Shown here: in pieces, positions 36,652 through 48,026 of the stretch | Layout: each line of letters begins with the position of its first letter | How positions within the stretch are numbered: the stretch's first letter is position 1 | From: Octopus vulgaris | Taxonomy: Eukaryota | DNA: 64,000 nt | NCBI GenBank assembly: GCA_951406725.2 | Contig: OX597827.1 | Span: 38,130,001 to 38,194,000, forward strand | Reading direction: 5' to 3' | Notes under the pieces: generated by a model | Database searches by the model: none | Told to the model about the DNA's origin: nothing | What the model saw: only the letters and a program-made list of their open reading frames with translations | Position numbers and translations under genes: made by a program

Positions 36652-37997
36652 GTCAGTTATCTGTTTTTGTTCTTTCTCAGTATTGAACATAACTTATTTT
36701 GTTGACATTAAAATATATGCCTTAGTTGTAAGTTTAACTCTGACGCTACAAATTAGTTAGTTATTATAAAAGTTGGAGTATATTTGAATTACTGCGATTT
36801 CCCTTCGAATGCAGCATGGACGTTGTTTTTTAAGACTACTTTAGGGTAGAATGTGAACTCTGAAATTCACTATCTTTCCCCACTTCATTCCGTTAATTTT
36901 CCCAGAAATACCATGAATACTACAAGCCATTTTCTCCCTGCTTGATCAAAACAAAAATAACAATATTGAGTGTTGTTTGTTTTTTATCTATGTCAGCCCT
37001 CAACCGCAAATCTATGATCGAAAAAGCCTCTCGTATATCATTATTGGCTTTCGAGTTTCGGGCCGATCTTTCGATTTATAAACATTAGTATTTGACACAA
37101 TACTAAAAAAAAAAAAAAATGAAAAAAAAAGTCAGGTAGAATTCTGATGCAAGCACACCATATAACCATAACTTTTTATTTTATTTTGGGGAATTTTCAC
37201 AAAACTGTTGCGAATTTGTGTTCTGCATACTGGAATCCATACAATTATGCAGAAAAAAGTTCTTATTGGGAGAAACCCATCAATACATGTCAGAGTGACA
37301 AAGAAACGAAGAAGGTACCAGGTGGTCGTGGAATGTGTTACAAATAATACAGCTAAATCTCCCTTAAATTACACACCTTTTCGTATGAAAATGAATTTGA
37401 ATTTATAAACAGAAACAAATTGCAGATTTATACTGTCCATATTTTAAAACCATGGCAAAAAAAAAAGTGGAAATTCTAGGAGTAATGGGGTAGGAGTGAT
37501 AAAAAAATTACTTGCATAAGCATATGAATTCCAGTGTGTAGAACACAGATTTGCAAATCAGGAAAAAGTAAAAAGGAAAAAAATTATGAAAATCCCTCCA
37601 AATAGAAAAGGCTGTGAGGAGTTATATGGTGTGCTTGGATCAGAATTCTGCCAAAAGGTGTTCCACTTCCCCCTCTCTGTGTACATCAAGGAGTAAATTG
37701 ACAACTCATGATTTGAAGGAAATTTGGCTTAAGTAATTAATAACTGTTAGAGAATATTTTGATCTCTATGACAGCCTAGAAGTAAGTCATTACATATTGC
37801 TTGATCTCCAAATTCCTCTCAAATGAATTCTATTCTAAACAAAGAAGGATACGTTAGACAAAAAGTTCTGTCCTTGGTCATGGTTGGAACACCTTTGATC
37901 ATACGTCTGTTGAACTAGGGCCTACTTGAGGCTCAGCAACAGCCAGCTTAATTTTTGTTGTATTTCTTTCAAATTATTTTTTTCATTTATTTTATAG

Positions 37998-38096
37998 ATG
38001 GTGTCTTTAATTCGCAGGCTACCTCAGTGTGGGAATAACTTATTTCTTCAAGCCAACAAGAACCATATTAATAACTCATGTTTAGTATTAACACGG
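37998..38096 (+). CDS. MRPL9: Mitochondrial ribosomal protein L9, first coding exon (presequence MVSLIRRLPQ...VLTR)
   Basis: tttatag then ATG; gtatgt donor; basic, acid-free peptide typical of a mitochondrial targeting sequence; in phase with the next exon. Confidence 0.8.
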
Positions 38097-39125
38097 GTAT
38101 GTTTCATTAAAGCAGTTTTCTTTTAAGTATTGTTAAAAATGATTGTCTTCCAGTTAAGCATAACTTTGCAGCTAGAGAAGACCATGTAAATTGTGGTGAA
38201 CCATTTCTCACTAGAGATTTTAAAATAAAGCCAATTAATATTTTAAATACTATATTTACTGTCATATAACAGACATTTAATACAAAAAAACCTCAGGGAC
38301 AAAATTAGTGGGGTGCATTATCATCATCATCATCATCAACCCCTGGATATTATGAGGAATCATAAGGCCAGTTACTCACTTTCCATGGCATGTAAGTAAC
38401 TGAGACCATGTCATTCATCCTGAACGGTACAGCAGCCCATTACAGGGTTACTCATTTACTGCTGAGTGGGCCTGTTGGTTATCAATTTATCTAAATTTGT
38501 GGTTAGTTATTGGAAATTTTTATATATTGATGATCTAGTTCTCATTGCAGAATGTTTGAAAGTTCCAATCTGGAGGAAATGTCCAGAATCCAATAGCCAC
38601 ATCTACATGGTCCAATGTTCAATCCTAAGATGCATGGTACCTTGGCAAGTGTCTCCTACCATAGCCTTGGGTTAACCAGCACCTTGTGTTTGGGATTTGA
38701 TTGCCAAAAACTGTGCAAATGTTTGTTATATGTGTGTTTATCTTTCAGTGATGTACATTTGCAAAACTTCAGTGAGAAATTGCCCATAAACTTGTGCCTT
38801 CAAACAAATATATCTTGTATTTGTTCAAGATGAGTCTCACAGAGTACCGTTGTCATTTTCACCATCAGAAACTACTATTATTAGTAGTGTCATCATGATG
38901 ATGATAATGACAGTGGATTTGCAGAATTATTAAAGCATCAGACAAAGTTCCAGGCAGTATTTTTTTTTGTGGCTCTTTACATTCTGAGTTTAATCTCACT
39001 GAGGTCAACTTTACATTTTATCCTTTCGGTGAAGTACCAGCCCATTAGGAAGCAACAACCAGCAATGATATAAAATAGGTATCCATAATCATATAGTTTT
39101 TATGCCAGAAGTCAAGAGGTTAAAG

Positions 39126-39292
39126 CAGTGGTTCTCAAAGTGAGTGCCCCCCCCCCCCCCGTGTGTGTGGAAATACTGTGAAATACTGTTGTTCTGAATT
39201 TGCTGCAGAAAATGGTCTGTGGTGGTGGGGGCACTAGGGATGTGGCCTTAGAACCAAGGGAGCAGCAGCCTGAAAAAGTTTGGGAACCATTG
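39126..39292. mobile_element. hAT-type MITE with 8-bp target site duplication
   Basis: TIRs cagtggttctcaaa / tttgggaaccattg; ggttaaag duplicated at 39118-39125 and 39293-39300. Confidence 0.85.
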
Positions 39293-39533
39293 GGTTAAAG
39301 TATGATAGAGAGACAAGAACAGGTATCTTGCTGTAGGGAAGACACATGGTTACCCCAGTTGGGAAAAAAAAGAGGATGGAAGTGAAAGTGTATCAAAGAC
39401 ATACCTTCAAGTTACAGGAAGGTGAATATAAGAGAAACGGTATGGGCCTAGTAGGAAAAAACATGTGAAATGAATGTAAAATATGATATTTTCACCGAAA
39501 AATATATGAATGTTTATTAATGTTATTTTGTAG

Positions 39534-39690
39534 AACACAGTTATTTTAAAACGACAATGGGCAGTTCCATTAACCAATCCAGGAGACATACCTCATCTAA
39601 AGGATAAACATAGAGTATTTAAATTTGTTGAAAACACTGATGCTGTAAAACTGCCAGATATCCAGTGTATCCTCACAGACAATATTGATG
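39534..39690 (+). CDS. MRPL9: MRPL9 exon (NTVILKRQWAVPL...HRVFKFVE...ILTDNID)
   Basis: tgtag/gtaag; matches TVIVERWWKVPL...HRVYKLVE...LILTQSV. Confidence 0.93.
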
Positions 39691-39726
39691 GTAAGAAGTT
39701 ATATTTATTATTTTTATCTATCATCA

Positions 39727-40575
39727 AGGCAGCGAGCTGGCAGAACCATTAGTGCGTCAGAAAAATTGATTATTGCTAATGATGTGACTTTGCCTTTCAT
39801 CCTTTCAGGGTTGATAAAATAAGTACCAGTTGAGCACTGGGGTTGATATAATCAAGTAACCCCTCTCTCCAAAAATTTGAAGCCCTGAGCCTAAAGTAGA
39901 AAGGATTATTATTAGTAGTGTCATGATGATGATAATGACAGTGAATTTGCAGAATTATTAAAACATCAGACAAAGTTTCATGCAGTATTTTTTTGTGGTT
40001 CTTTGCACTCTGAGTTGAATCTCACTGAGGTCAACTTTACATTTTATCATTTCGGTGAAGTACCAGTCAAGTATTGAGGTCGATAGTCTTGACTAACCCC
40101 CTCCACTAAAAATTTCTGTCCTTGTACCTAAATCAGAAAGTAAAGGTGGTGAGTTGGATGAAATGTTACCAAAAGGCTTAATGTCATTTTTTTCCTGCAC
40201 TTTATGTTCTCTGTTCAGATGCTGTCAAGGCTGACTTTGTCTTTTGTCCTTCCAGGGTCAATAAAATAAGTATCAGTTAAGCAGTGGGCTCAATGTAATC
40301 AACTGAAAATTTCTGGCTTTGTGCCAAAATTAGAAGGGATTGTTATTATTGGAAAGTAGCAAGCTGGCAGAACTATTAGTGCATCAAACAAACTGCTTAG
40401 CCATATTTCTACCAATCTTTATGTTCTATGTTCAAATTCCACCAAGGTCAACTTTGCCTTTCATCCTTTTGAGAGTGTTGGTAATATACGTACCAGTTGA
40501 GCACTGTGTTCAGTAACCAACTTATCACCCACCTCTAAAATGGATGATCTTGTGCCAAAATTAGAAATCATTATT
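39727..40575 (+). mobile_element. Head-to-tail cluster of about four SINE copies (second family)
   Basis: Repeated ggc.gcgagctggcagaa...ctttgcctttcatcctt...taaaataagtaccagttgagcactg units. Confidence 0.75.
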
Positions 40576-41054
40576 GTCATTATTATTAAATCAATCCCTA
40601 TCATTTTCACCCTAACATCTAAACCATATGTATCTACCCAGCATTCTGTATAAGTCTCTTATCAGTCTCTCTCCTGAGATGTAGAAGTTGATATTGACTT
40701 CTAGACCATCTTCTAAGTTCTCTTTAATCCTTTCGTTACTGTATTTATTTTGAGATGCTCTGTGTTTCTTTCAATTATTTTAAATATAACAAAGAATTTA
40801 GTAAAATAACTTTATCATTCAGCTAGTGTTAGGAACATAAATTGTGACTAAGGTTTGGTGGAAGGTTTTAGTTCAAAACTTATGCAAACAAGACATTTGT
40901 ACTCAGAGCCAGTTTGATAACAAAAGGGTTTAGCTCTTTTCTTTCAAAAATCACATAAGAAGTATCATCTTCAATCCTTGCAGATTTTCTTTCCTTTGAG
41001 TCACATATTCCACATCTGACATTGCTATGGTTTATCTCTTTTCTCAATTAACAG

Positions 41055-41173
41055 GCATTGGCTATAAGAATGAATTGGTAACTGTGAAAAGAAAGTTTTT
41101 CCGCAATGTTCTGTATCCAGCAGGACTAGCAATGTATGCATCACCTGAAAACGTTGAGAAGTTTGCTGTCAAA
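41055..41173 (+). CDS. MRPL9: MRPL9 exon (GIGYKNELVTVKRKFFRNVLYPAGLAMYASPENVEKFAVK)
   Basis: acag/gtaagt; ribosomal L9 N-terminal motif G..G.LV.VK....RN.L.P.GLA.YASPEN. Confidence 0.95.
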
Positions 41174-41670
41174 GTAAGTAAAGGGCTTGTCCTTTTCAGT
41201 CCCAGTTAGAATCATTTGGATTATGTTACTAATGCCTTTTGTAAAGGTATGCATGTCAATATATCCCATTTCCCTGCCTCTTAAATGTAAATTCTTATGT
41301 AAACTACTTCTGTAGGCATAGCTATGTAGTTAAAAAGCTCATTTTGCAACCATGTAGTTTTGAGTTCAGTCCCACTGTGTTGACCAATACTTTTGGAGTT
41401 GAATTTGGTTTGTGTTTGTCGCTCTACTATTGCTTGACAACTGGTGTTGATTTGTTTGCATTCACACCATTACTTAGCGGTTTGGTAAAAGAAACTAATA
41501 TTATAAGTACCAAACATTAAAAGTATGCACTGGAGGCAATTTATTTTACTAAACACTTCAAGGGAACCCAAAGCATTTGCAAAATGTATGTATTTACACA
41601 CACATACACACACACACATGTATAAAGTATTAGTTTTAATTTTCTATTTCTATATTTTCTATATTCTTAG

Positions 41671-41706
41671 AGTGAAGAATTCCTGGGTTCTCGATGGGCA
41701 AGATTG
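41671..41706 (+). CDS. MRPL9: MRPL9 short exon (SEEFLGSRWARL)
   Basis: Strong pyrimidine tract ending ttag, gtaagt donor, 36 nt, phase 0/0. Confidence 0.7.
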
Positions 41707-41994
41707 GTAAGTTGGTTTACATTTTCCATTTTTTTAAAAATACTTTTAGATTGAGGCTTCAGTGGTAAAATGGGTTGGAAGGGTTAATAAATATTGAAAT
41801 ATTTGGATATTGCTAGAGTGTTAGCTGTCCATCTGGATGGGTCTTCTTACTGCTAGTATATCACCTGTGAAGTAAGACTGGAATCTGTTGCGAGTCTGAT
41901 ATATTAATGAGTACAAAATACAGAGTACCCCAGACTTAACAGTCACCTATTTCAGTGAAATCAGACAAATTTTTTTTAAAACTCACTTTATTTA

Positions 41995-42948
41995 TACTTG
42001 ATGGATATTTGTCCTCATCTTGTTTGTTGTTAACACAACGTTTCAGCTGATATACCCTCCAGCCTTCATCCAGTGTCTTGGGGAAATTTCAAACCTGGGT
42101 TCTCATTCCTAAGGTATTTTTCGATGTTATTATTATTATTCAGGTCAATGCCTGGAATCTTGGGATTAGTAGCCTGTGCTCTTAACCACCACGCCATATG
42201 TGCTCTTAACCACTACGCCTCTCCGAAAAGATACAAAAGATATGCAGCCCATATGACATCAGAACAGTATTCAAGAGTAATACAACACTTCGCAAATATC
42301 TTCTTTGGGTAAAACCACCAATAGGAGAGGATATGACCAAAAACTGCATGTACTCTATCCCGTGCAGCTGTGGTAGGTTATACAAAGGCGAAACATGCTG
42401 CTCCCTCAAAATAAGGGTAGAGGAACATTGCAAAGTTGTGACACAAGGAGATATTGATAAATTGGGTATAGCTGATCATGTATGGAAAAATGGAGACCAC
42501 CTCCCCTTGTGGGATGAAGTTAAAATAATAGACAGAGAGCACCCCTGGAAAATATGAAAACTAAAAGAAGCAGCACATATGCTAAGACATAACAACCTCC
42601 TAAGCAGTCTGAGTGCAGATATGAATAGCATATGGGAACTGCTATTAAGGAAGGATAGGAAAATAATTAGATTTATAAACCCTAAAATTCACTCAATAAT
42701 TGCCCACGGGCATATGGCATAGTGGTTAAAATTTCCGAGTTCGATTCCAAGCAGTGACCTGAATGATAATGATAATCATCACCATCACCACCATCATCAT
42801 CAATAATGATGATGACGACAAATAAACCTTAGGAATGAGAACCCAGGTTCGAAATTTCCCCCAAGACACCTGATGAACGCTAAAGGGTATGTCAACCGAA
42901 ACGTTGTGTTAACAAACAAGGTGAAGACAAATATCCGTCAAATGTAAA
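41995..42948 (+). mobile_element. Penelope-like element fragment (GIY-YIG) with inverted pLTR copies
   Basis: CMYSIPCSCGRLYKGET..SLKIRVEEH; about 41995-42200 is the inverse of 42710-42948; minimal hammerhead in the pLTR. Confidence 0.8.
42865..42910 (+). ncRNA. Minimal type I hammerhead ribozyme (Penelope)
   Basis: gacac CTGATGA acgctaaagggtatgtcaacc GAAAC GTT gtgtt; palindromic ACGT stem III as in dimer-type Penelope hammerheads; stem II eroded. Confidence 0.6.
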
Positions 42949-43345
42949 TCATCATCATCATCATCATCGCTTAACGTCCGTTCTCCATGGTAGCATGGGT
43001 TGGACGGTTCGACCGGGGATCTGGGAAGCCAGAAGGCTGCACCAGGCTCTGGTCTTATCTGGCAATGTTTCTACAGCTGGATGCCCTTCCTAACGCCAAC
43101 CACTCCGTGAGTGTAGTGGGTGCTTTTTACGTGCCACCTGCATTGGTGCCAGGCGAGGCTGGCATCGGCCGGATTGGTGCATTTTACGAGCCACCTGCAC
43201 GGAAGCCAGTCGAGGCGGCACTGGCTTCGGCCACGATTCGGATGGTGCTTTTTACGTGCCACCGACACGGAAGCCAGTCGAGGCGGCGCTGGCATCAGCC
43301 ACGATTCGGATAGTGCTTTTTATGTATCTCCAGTCCAGGGGTCCT
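42949..43345 (-). mobile_element. RTE-related 3' end with internal repeats
   Basis: (CAT)n followed by the reverse complement of the RTE tail seen at 32250-32427. Confidence 0.8.
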
Positions 43346-44356
43346 AATTCCTCATCTCTTAAATATTGAACTGTATCACTTTATTTATGTTTAATATGTG
43401 TTAAAGGTGTCTATGATTTTATTTTTATTCCTGTTAGATTCTGCTTATCTGTCCACAGCAGCTTTTTTCCAATTTGGCTGCAATCATTTTCTCTGCCTCC
43501 ATCCCCTGCATGGAGCAACAGTTTGGCTGAAATTAAGGAACACATTCAGTTAGCTGTGCAGGAGATAACTCCTGAAAGGTGTTTTGTAATGCTAAGGATA
43601 GATTTGGAATTTGCAGGGATACAGATGGAGCACGTGATGGAAATTAAGTAATAAACATAAAATTCTGTCAGATTTTTAAAAATTTGTTCAATTTCATTGA
43701 AAAAGATAGTTAATTCTGAGACACCCTGTTTACTGTTTTAGGACAGTGCACTGTAGCCGATTTTCAAATGAGATGATTGGGTGCAGCTGTTTGAATGCTG
43801 ATGATTTAGCGTGGCTGACTGGATTTTCAGCACATTTTGGCAACAGTATTTATTGGCAGTAGAGGCAAGCACTCACATACATACACATGTGCACAGAAAT
43901 ATGCACACACAAATAGAGAGAGAGAGAGAGAGACTACATATACAAACATTACTAGATTGCTTACACACACAAACAGGGAAAGACAGACAGACAGAGACAT
44001 TGCAATTTATTAATTGAAAACGACCAACATAAATATTTTTCCCTCTCCTGATACAGATAAAGAAAAATATAAGCTCATACACATAAGTGGGGAGAGAGAG
44101 ATGGGAGGAGGGGGAGAAACATTATCATGTCTGATTTCAAATAAGTCATCATTGAATCAGCATTGCCAAAATGTGTGCACCAAAATATCTCATACCCAAC
44201 TGATGTTCTGAATTTGAATGTTCCTGATATCAGAGTACAGAAAAATAAATGCAAGATATTGAGGTTGAATCTCACACTACAGAATTGAATTTATCCCTAA
44301 ATGGTTGAATTAAGAGTACACTAAACAAAAATAGCTTGCAATATTTAGTTACACTA

Positions 44357-44930
44357 TGGCAGTGAGTTGGTAGAATTGTTAGCACATCAAGCACAATGCC
44401 TAGCTGCATTTATGTTCTAGGTTTAACTGCTGCCAGGGTTGATTTGCCTTTCATCCTGTTGAGGGTTGATAAAATAGGTACCAGTTGAGCCCTGGGGTCA
44501 ATGTAATCGACTTAGCCCCTTCCCCTTAATTACTGGCCTTATGCTAAAATTTGAAACCAATATTTAGTCACATCAATGTGGTAAGCTGGCAAAATCATTA
44601 GCACACTGAGCAAAATACTTGGTGGCATTTCACCTATCTTATGTTCTGAGTTCAAATTCTGCCAAGGCCAGCTTTGCTTTTCATTCTTTCAAGGTCGATA
44701 AAATAAGTACCAGTTGAACTATGTAGCTGATGTAATCAACTTACCCTCTTCCCGAAATTGCTGGTCTTGTGCCAAAATTTAGAATCAATATTTAGTTACA
44801 TATGCATTCAAACCCCATCAAAGTCAACACAGCCTTTTATCTTTCTAGGTTGATAAAATAAAACCAGTCAAATAATGGATTTGATTTAATCAACTGTTCT
44901 CTGCTAGCAAAATATGTAGCTTTATGCCGC
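44357..44930 (+). mobile_element. Tandem SINE copies (second family)
   Basis: Two full and one partial unit, separated by aatatttagt.aca. Confidence 0.7.
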
Positions 44931-45296
44931 CTGTTAGGAAACATTATTATTAGGATGTTGGCATGTCACATTACTTCATTTATGTCCCCAATTTTGTAAG
45001 TTCATGAGCCTTTTCAAGGAATATAAATCTACAGGCTTCGGTCTACTTGGTTGACAAAAATACATTCTATTCTCTGTTTCCTACATTAAGTGGTAACAGG
45101 TAGCTGTAACTGTAAATTTGCTCCAACACAAAACAAAAATTTAACATCTTGGCTATATGTTAACACAGAACAATGGAAATAAAACTGTCATAAAAATAGA
45201 ATTCTGAGAGGATAGCTGCTCTATTTGTGTGAAAGATATAATCATTAAACCAATGATGATGATGACGGTAATAATTTCTTGATATTTTATTTGTAG

Positions 45297-45398
45297 ACTC
45301 TGAAAACATTATCTAACATGTACCTTGCTATTCCAATGAGTGGTGATAATCCATGGGTGTTGAGCAAGGAGCATGTTGTTGTGGCTTTTAGACTGAGG
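45297..45398 (+). CDS. MRPL9: MRPL9 exon (TLKTLSNMYLAIPMSGDNPWVLSKEHVVVAFRLR)
   Basis: ttgtag/gtaaag; matches TVKFL...M....W.L..E.V. Confidence 0.9.
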
Positions 45399-46104
45399 GT
45401 AAAGTATTCTACTGTTTAACTATTTTCTCTTGTAATCTTTAACTAATTGTGAAGATAGACTCAGCAGATACCATATTATGCTCAAGAAGATTAATTTTGA
45501 TTGAATATACTTTGAGAAGAGTAAATACTGTAAAAGTCTATACTACCAGATATAACATGAATCTTGATTGTAGGCCCTAAATTATCCTTAAAAACTTTAG
45601 AGTAACATGTAACATGCAGTGTTGCATATTTACTACAAAAGTACATCTATTTTAATCTAGTCAGTAGCTGACTTTCATTTTTGTGGCCCTAAAGTTTGAA
45701 CTATTACATCCCACACCTTCCACTCTTGTAGGATAATTATAGAATACCTTTCAGCAAGGTGTAAAAGGCCCTGCTACCCATACAAGGACTTTGAAGCCCA
45801 AAGGATGGAAAATGTCAAGACTGGGTGAAATCTATGGAAAAAAAGGGCCATGCAGTGAGCCTCTTTTTCCCAGTAACATGCACTGGGTGATCACTGTTAC
45901 CTTTTTCAATATGCTTGTTCCATGCAGATTATTATAAATTTTAAAATAAAGTTTAACCAGTACATCTCAGCTTTTGGTTTAAATTGCTATACTGTGTTAC
46001 TTCTCATATAGTTTTTAAGATATGGAAGGATGAAAATTAGGCATTATTTATGCTTGATGATATGTAGATTAATGAAATAAAACATAGCAAAGACCAGAGT
46101 TAAT

Positions 46105-46545
46105 ATAAGACCTGTTGAGGCAGAGGCAAGTGTGTGACACTTGTGGAGACCTGTTGAGGCAAGTGTGTGACACGCGTGACACGCGTGAAGACCTGTTGAG
46201 GCAAGTGAAAATCAAAATCAAACCAAATCAAAATAGATGAACATCAATGGAATTTGTATCTTTGTGGTTCCAGTACCGGTGGCACACAAGAAAACCATCC
46301 ACATAAAAACACCATCCGAGCGTGGCCGTTCGCCAGCCTCGTCTGGCACCTGTGTCGGTGGCACATAAAATCACCCACTACACTCTCGGAGTGGTTGGCG
46401 TTAGGAAGGGCATCCAGCTGTAGAAACACTGCCAGATCTGACTGGCCTGGTGCAGCCTTCGGGCTCCCCAGACCCCAGTTGAACCGTCCAACCCATGCTA
46501 GCATGGAAAACGGACGCTAAATGATGATGATGATGATGATGATGA
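46105..46545 (+). mobile_element. RTE-LINE 3' UTR copy, 5'-truncated
   Basis: Near-identical to 31885-32427 but with fewer VNTR units. Confidence 0.88.
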
Positions 46546-47255
46546 TTTTAAACACCTGTGGGAATACATATTACATGAACCACATTTCACAAACTGCTCT
46601 TTTTTCTGCTTTTTCCTGCAATTTATTCATGTAAACTTAACTTTTATCATATTAAGAGTTTCCTTGCAATGTCATTCTTTACAGACTATATGGATAAAGA
46701 ATTTAAGCGCTCTTCAGTAATAGTAGAGTGAAATTTGTTCTTTATAAAGACTATCTTTGAGGAATTATTTTCTGCTTCGCAGCTCATGATAGACATTGTC
46801 AAGTACATTGTATGTCCTTGTAGATGAACACAGCCAAGTGTATGTGCATATTTATTTAAAGTATCTCAGATCAAGAATCTTTTGAGAACATCTTTCAAAT
46901 TTTTGCTGTGCCATTAACAGATTGGATTTTTTTTTTGTGCAGATCCCTAGATACATAGCCTAATGCACTTATGATGATATGTAAAAATGAAAATTTATAG
47001 CCAAGGTTCAAGAGCTGTATATTTTGCATTAGTTTATCATAAATCTTACCTTTTACCAGAACGTTTTGAGGCCACATTCACATCTACATGCCTCGTGTAA
47101 TCCCATTATGTACGAAAAGGAATAAACCCTGTATTTCAACAATTAGTCCAAATAATAGATATACTATCTAGTATATTCATTGGGTCAATTAATACAATTA
47201 CAGTAATATTGTTTGTTCTCTTATTTTCCTTTTAATTCTCTTTCTGTTTCTGAAG

Positions 47256-47336
47256 GGTGTTGAAGTAGCTGAAGAAGCCATCACTCTGCCTGATAAAGTA
47301 ATTACAGAACCTGAGGAAATAGATATACAATTGAAA
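47256..47336 (+). CDS. MRPL9: MRPL9 exon (GVEVAEEAITLPDKVITEPEEIDIQLK)
   Basis: tgaag/gtaagc; matches GVVV....L.LP...IT. Confidence 0.9.
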
Positions 47337-47888
47337 GTAAGCTTGTGTTTTCAAGTTACTTCTAGAAGATCACCGACAATTTTATTGTTGTTATTTATAT
47401 ATCTTGTCTGTATTTCTCTACTGTTACTCTATCTCTACTAAAACAATAGTGAAAACTAAGTTTTACTCTCAATTTTGCCTTTTCTGTTTCATTACCTGTA
47501 ATGCATGCATTGACTTCTTATACTAACTGGATGTATTAAAGCCAATGATGGAGACTCTTCATGATCACCCAGTGTGCTAGAAATAGTAAAACCTTTCTCA
47601 AATCTTACCTTATCATCTAAAAAAATTGAAGAAGGCTACATTGGATAATGAAGTCCTAGATGCTCTATGCTTGAAGAGAATAATGATCATGACTGGAATA
47701 CCATTAATTATAGGTCTGGCCTAGGGCTAAACAATAACTGGATGCATTGTCAGAGACTTGAATTGGCTTAATATTAAGCCAGTTATTGAACCAAACATGC
47801 TGTTTAAAGAAATGCATGTACTTTTATTTCACACACACACAAGTACACACCAGATACCTGTGACTGTATTTACTCCTTTACATTTCAG

Positions 47889-48026
47889 ATGAATGGCAAA
47901 GAAGAGGTGACGGTGAAATGCCTCATTATTTTGAAACATAAAGACCCTTCGAAAGACGTTATTCCTACCAACTTACCAACCACGTTAAAAAGACAAAAGA
48001 AGCACAGACAAATAGGGAATGATTAA
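47889..48026 (+). CDS. MRPL9: MRPL9 last coding exon (MNGKEEVTVKCLII...QIGND*)
   Basis: tttcag acceptor; matches VNGLDTVRV; TAA at 48024-48026; total CDS 732 nt (243 aa). Confidence 0.87.
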   Translation: MNGKEEVTVKCLIILKHKDPSKDVIPTNLPTTLKRQKKHRQIGND

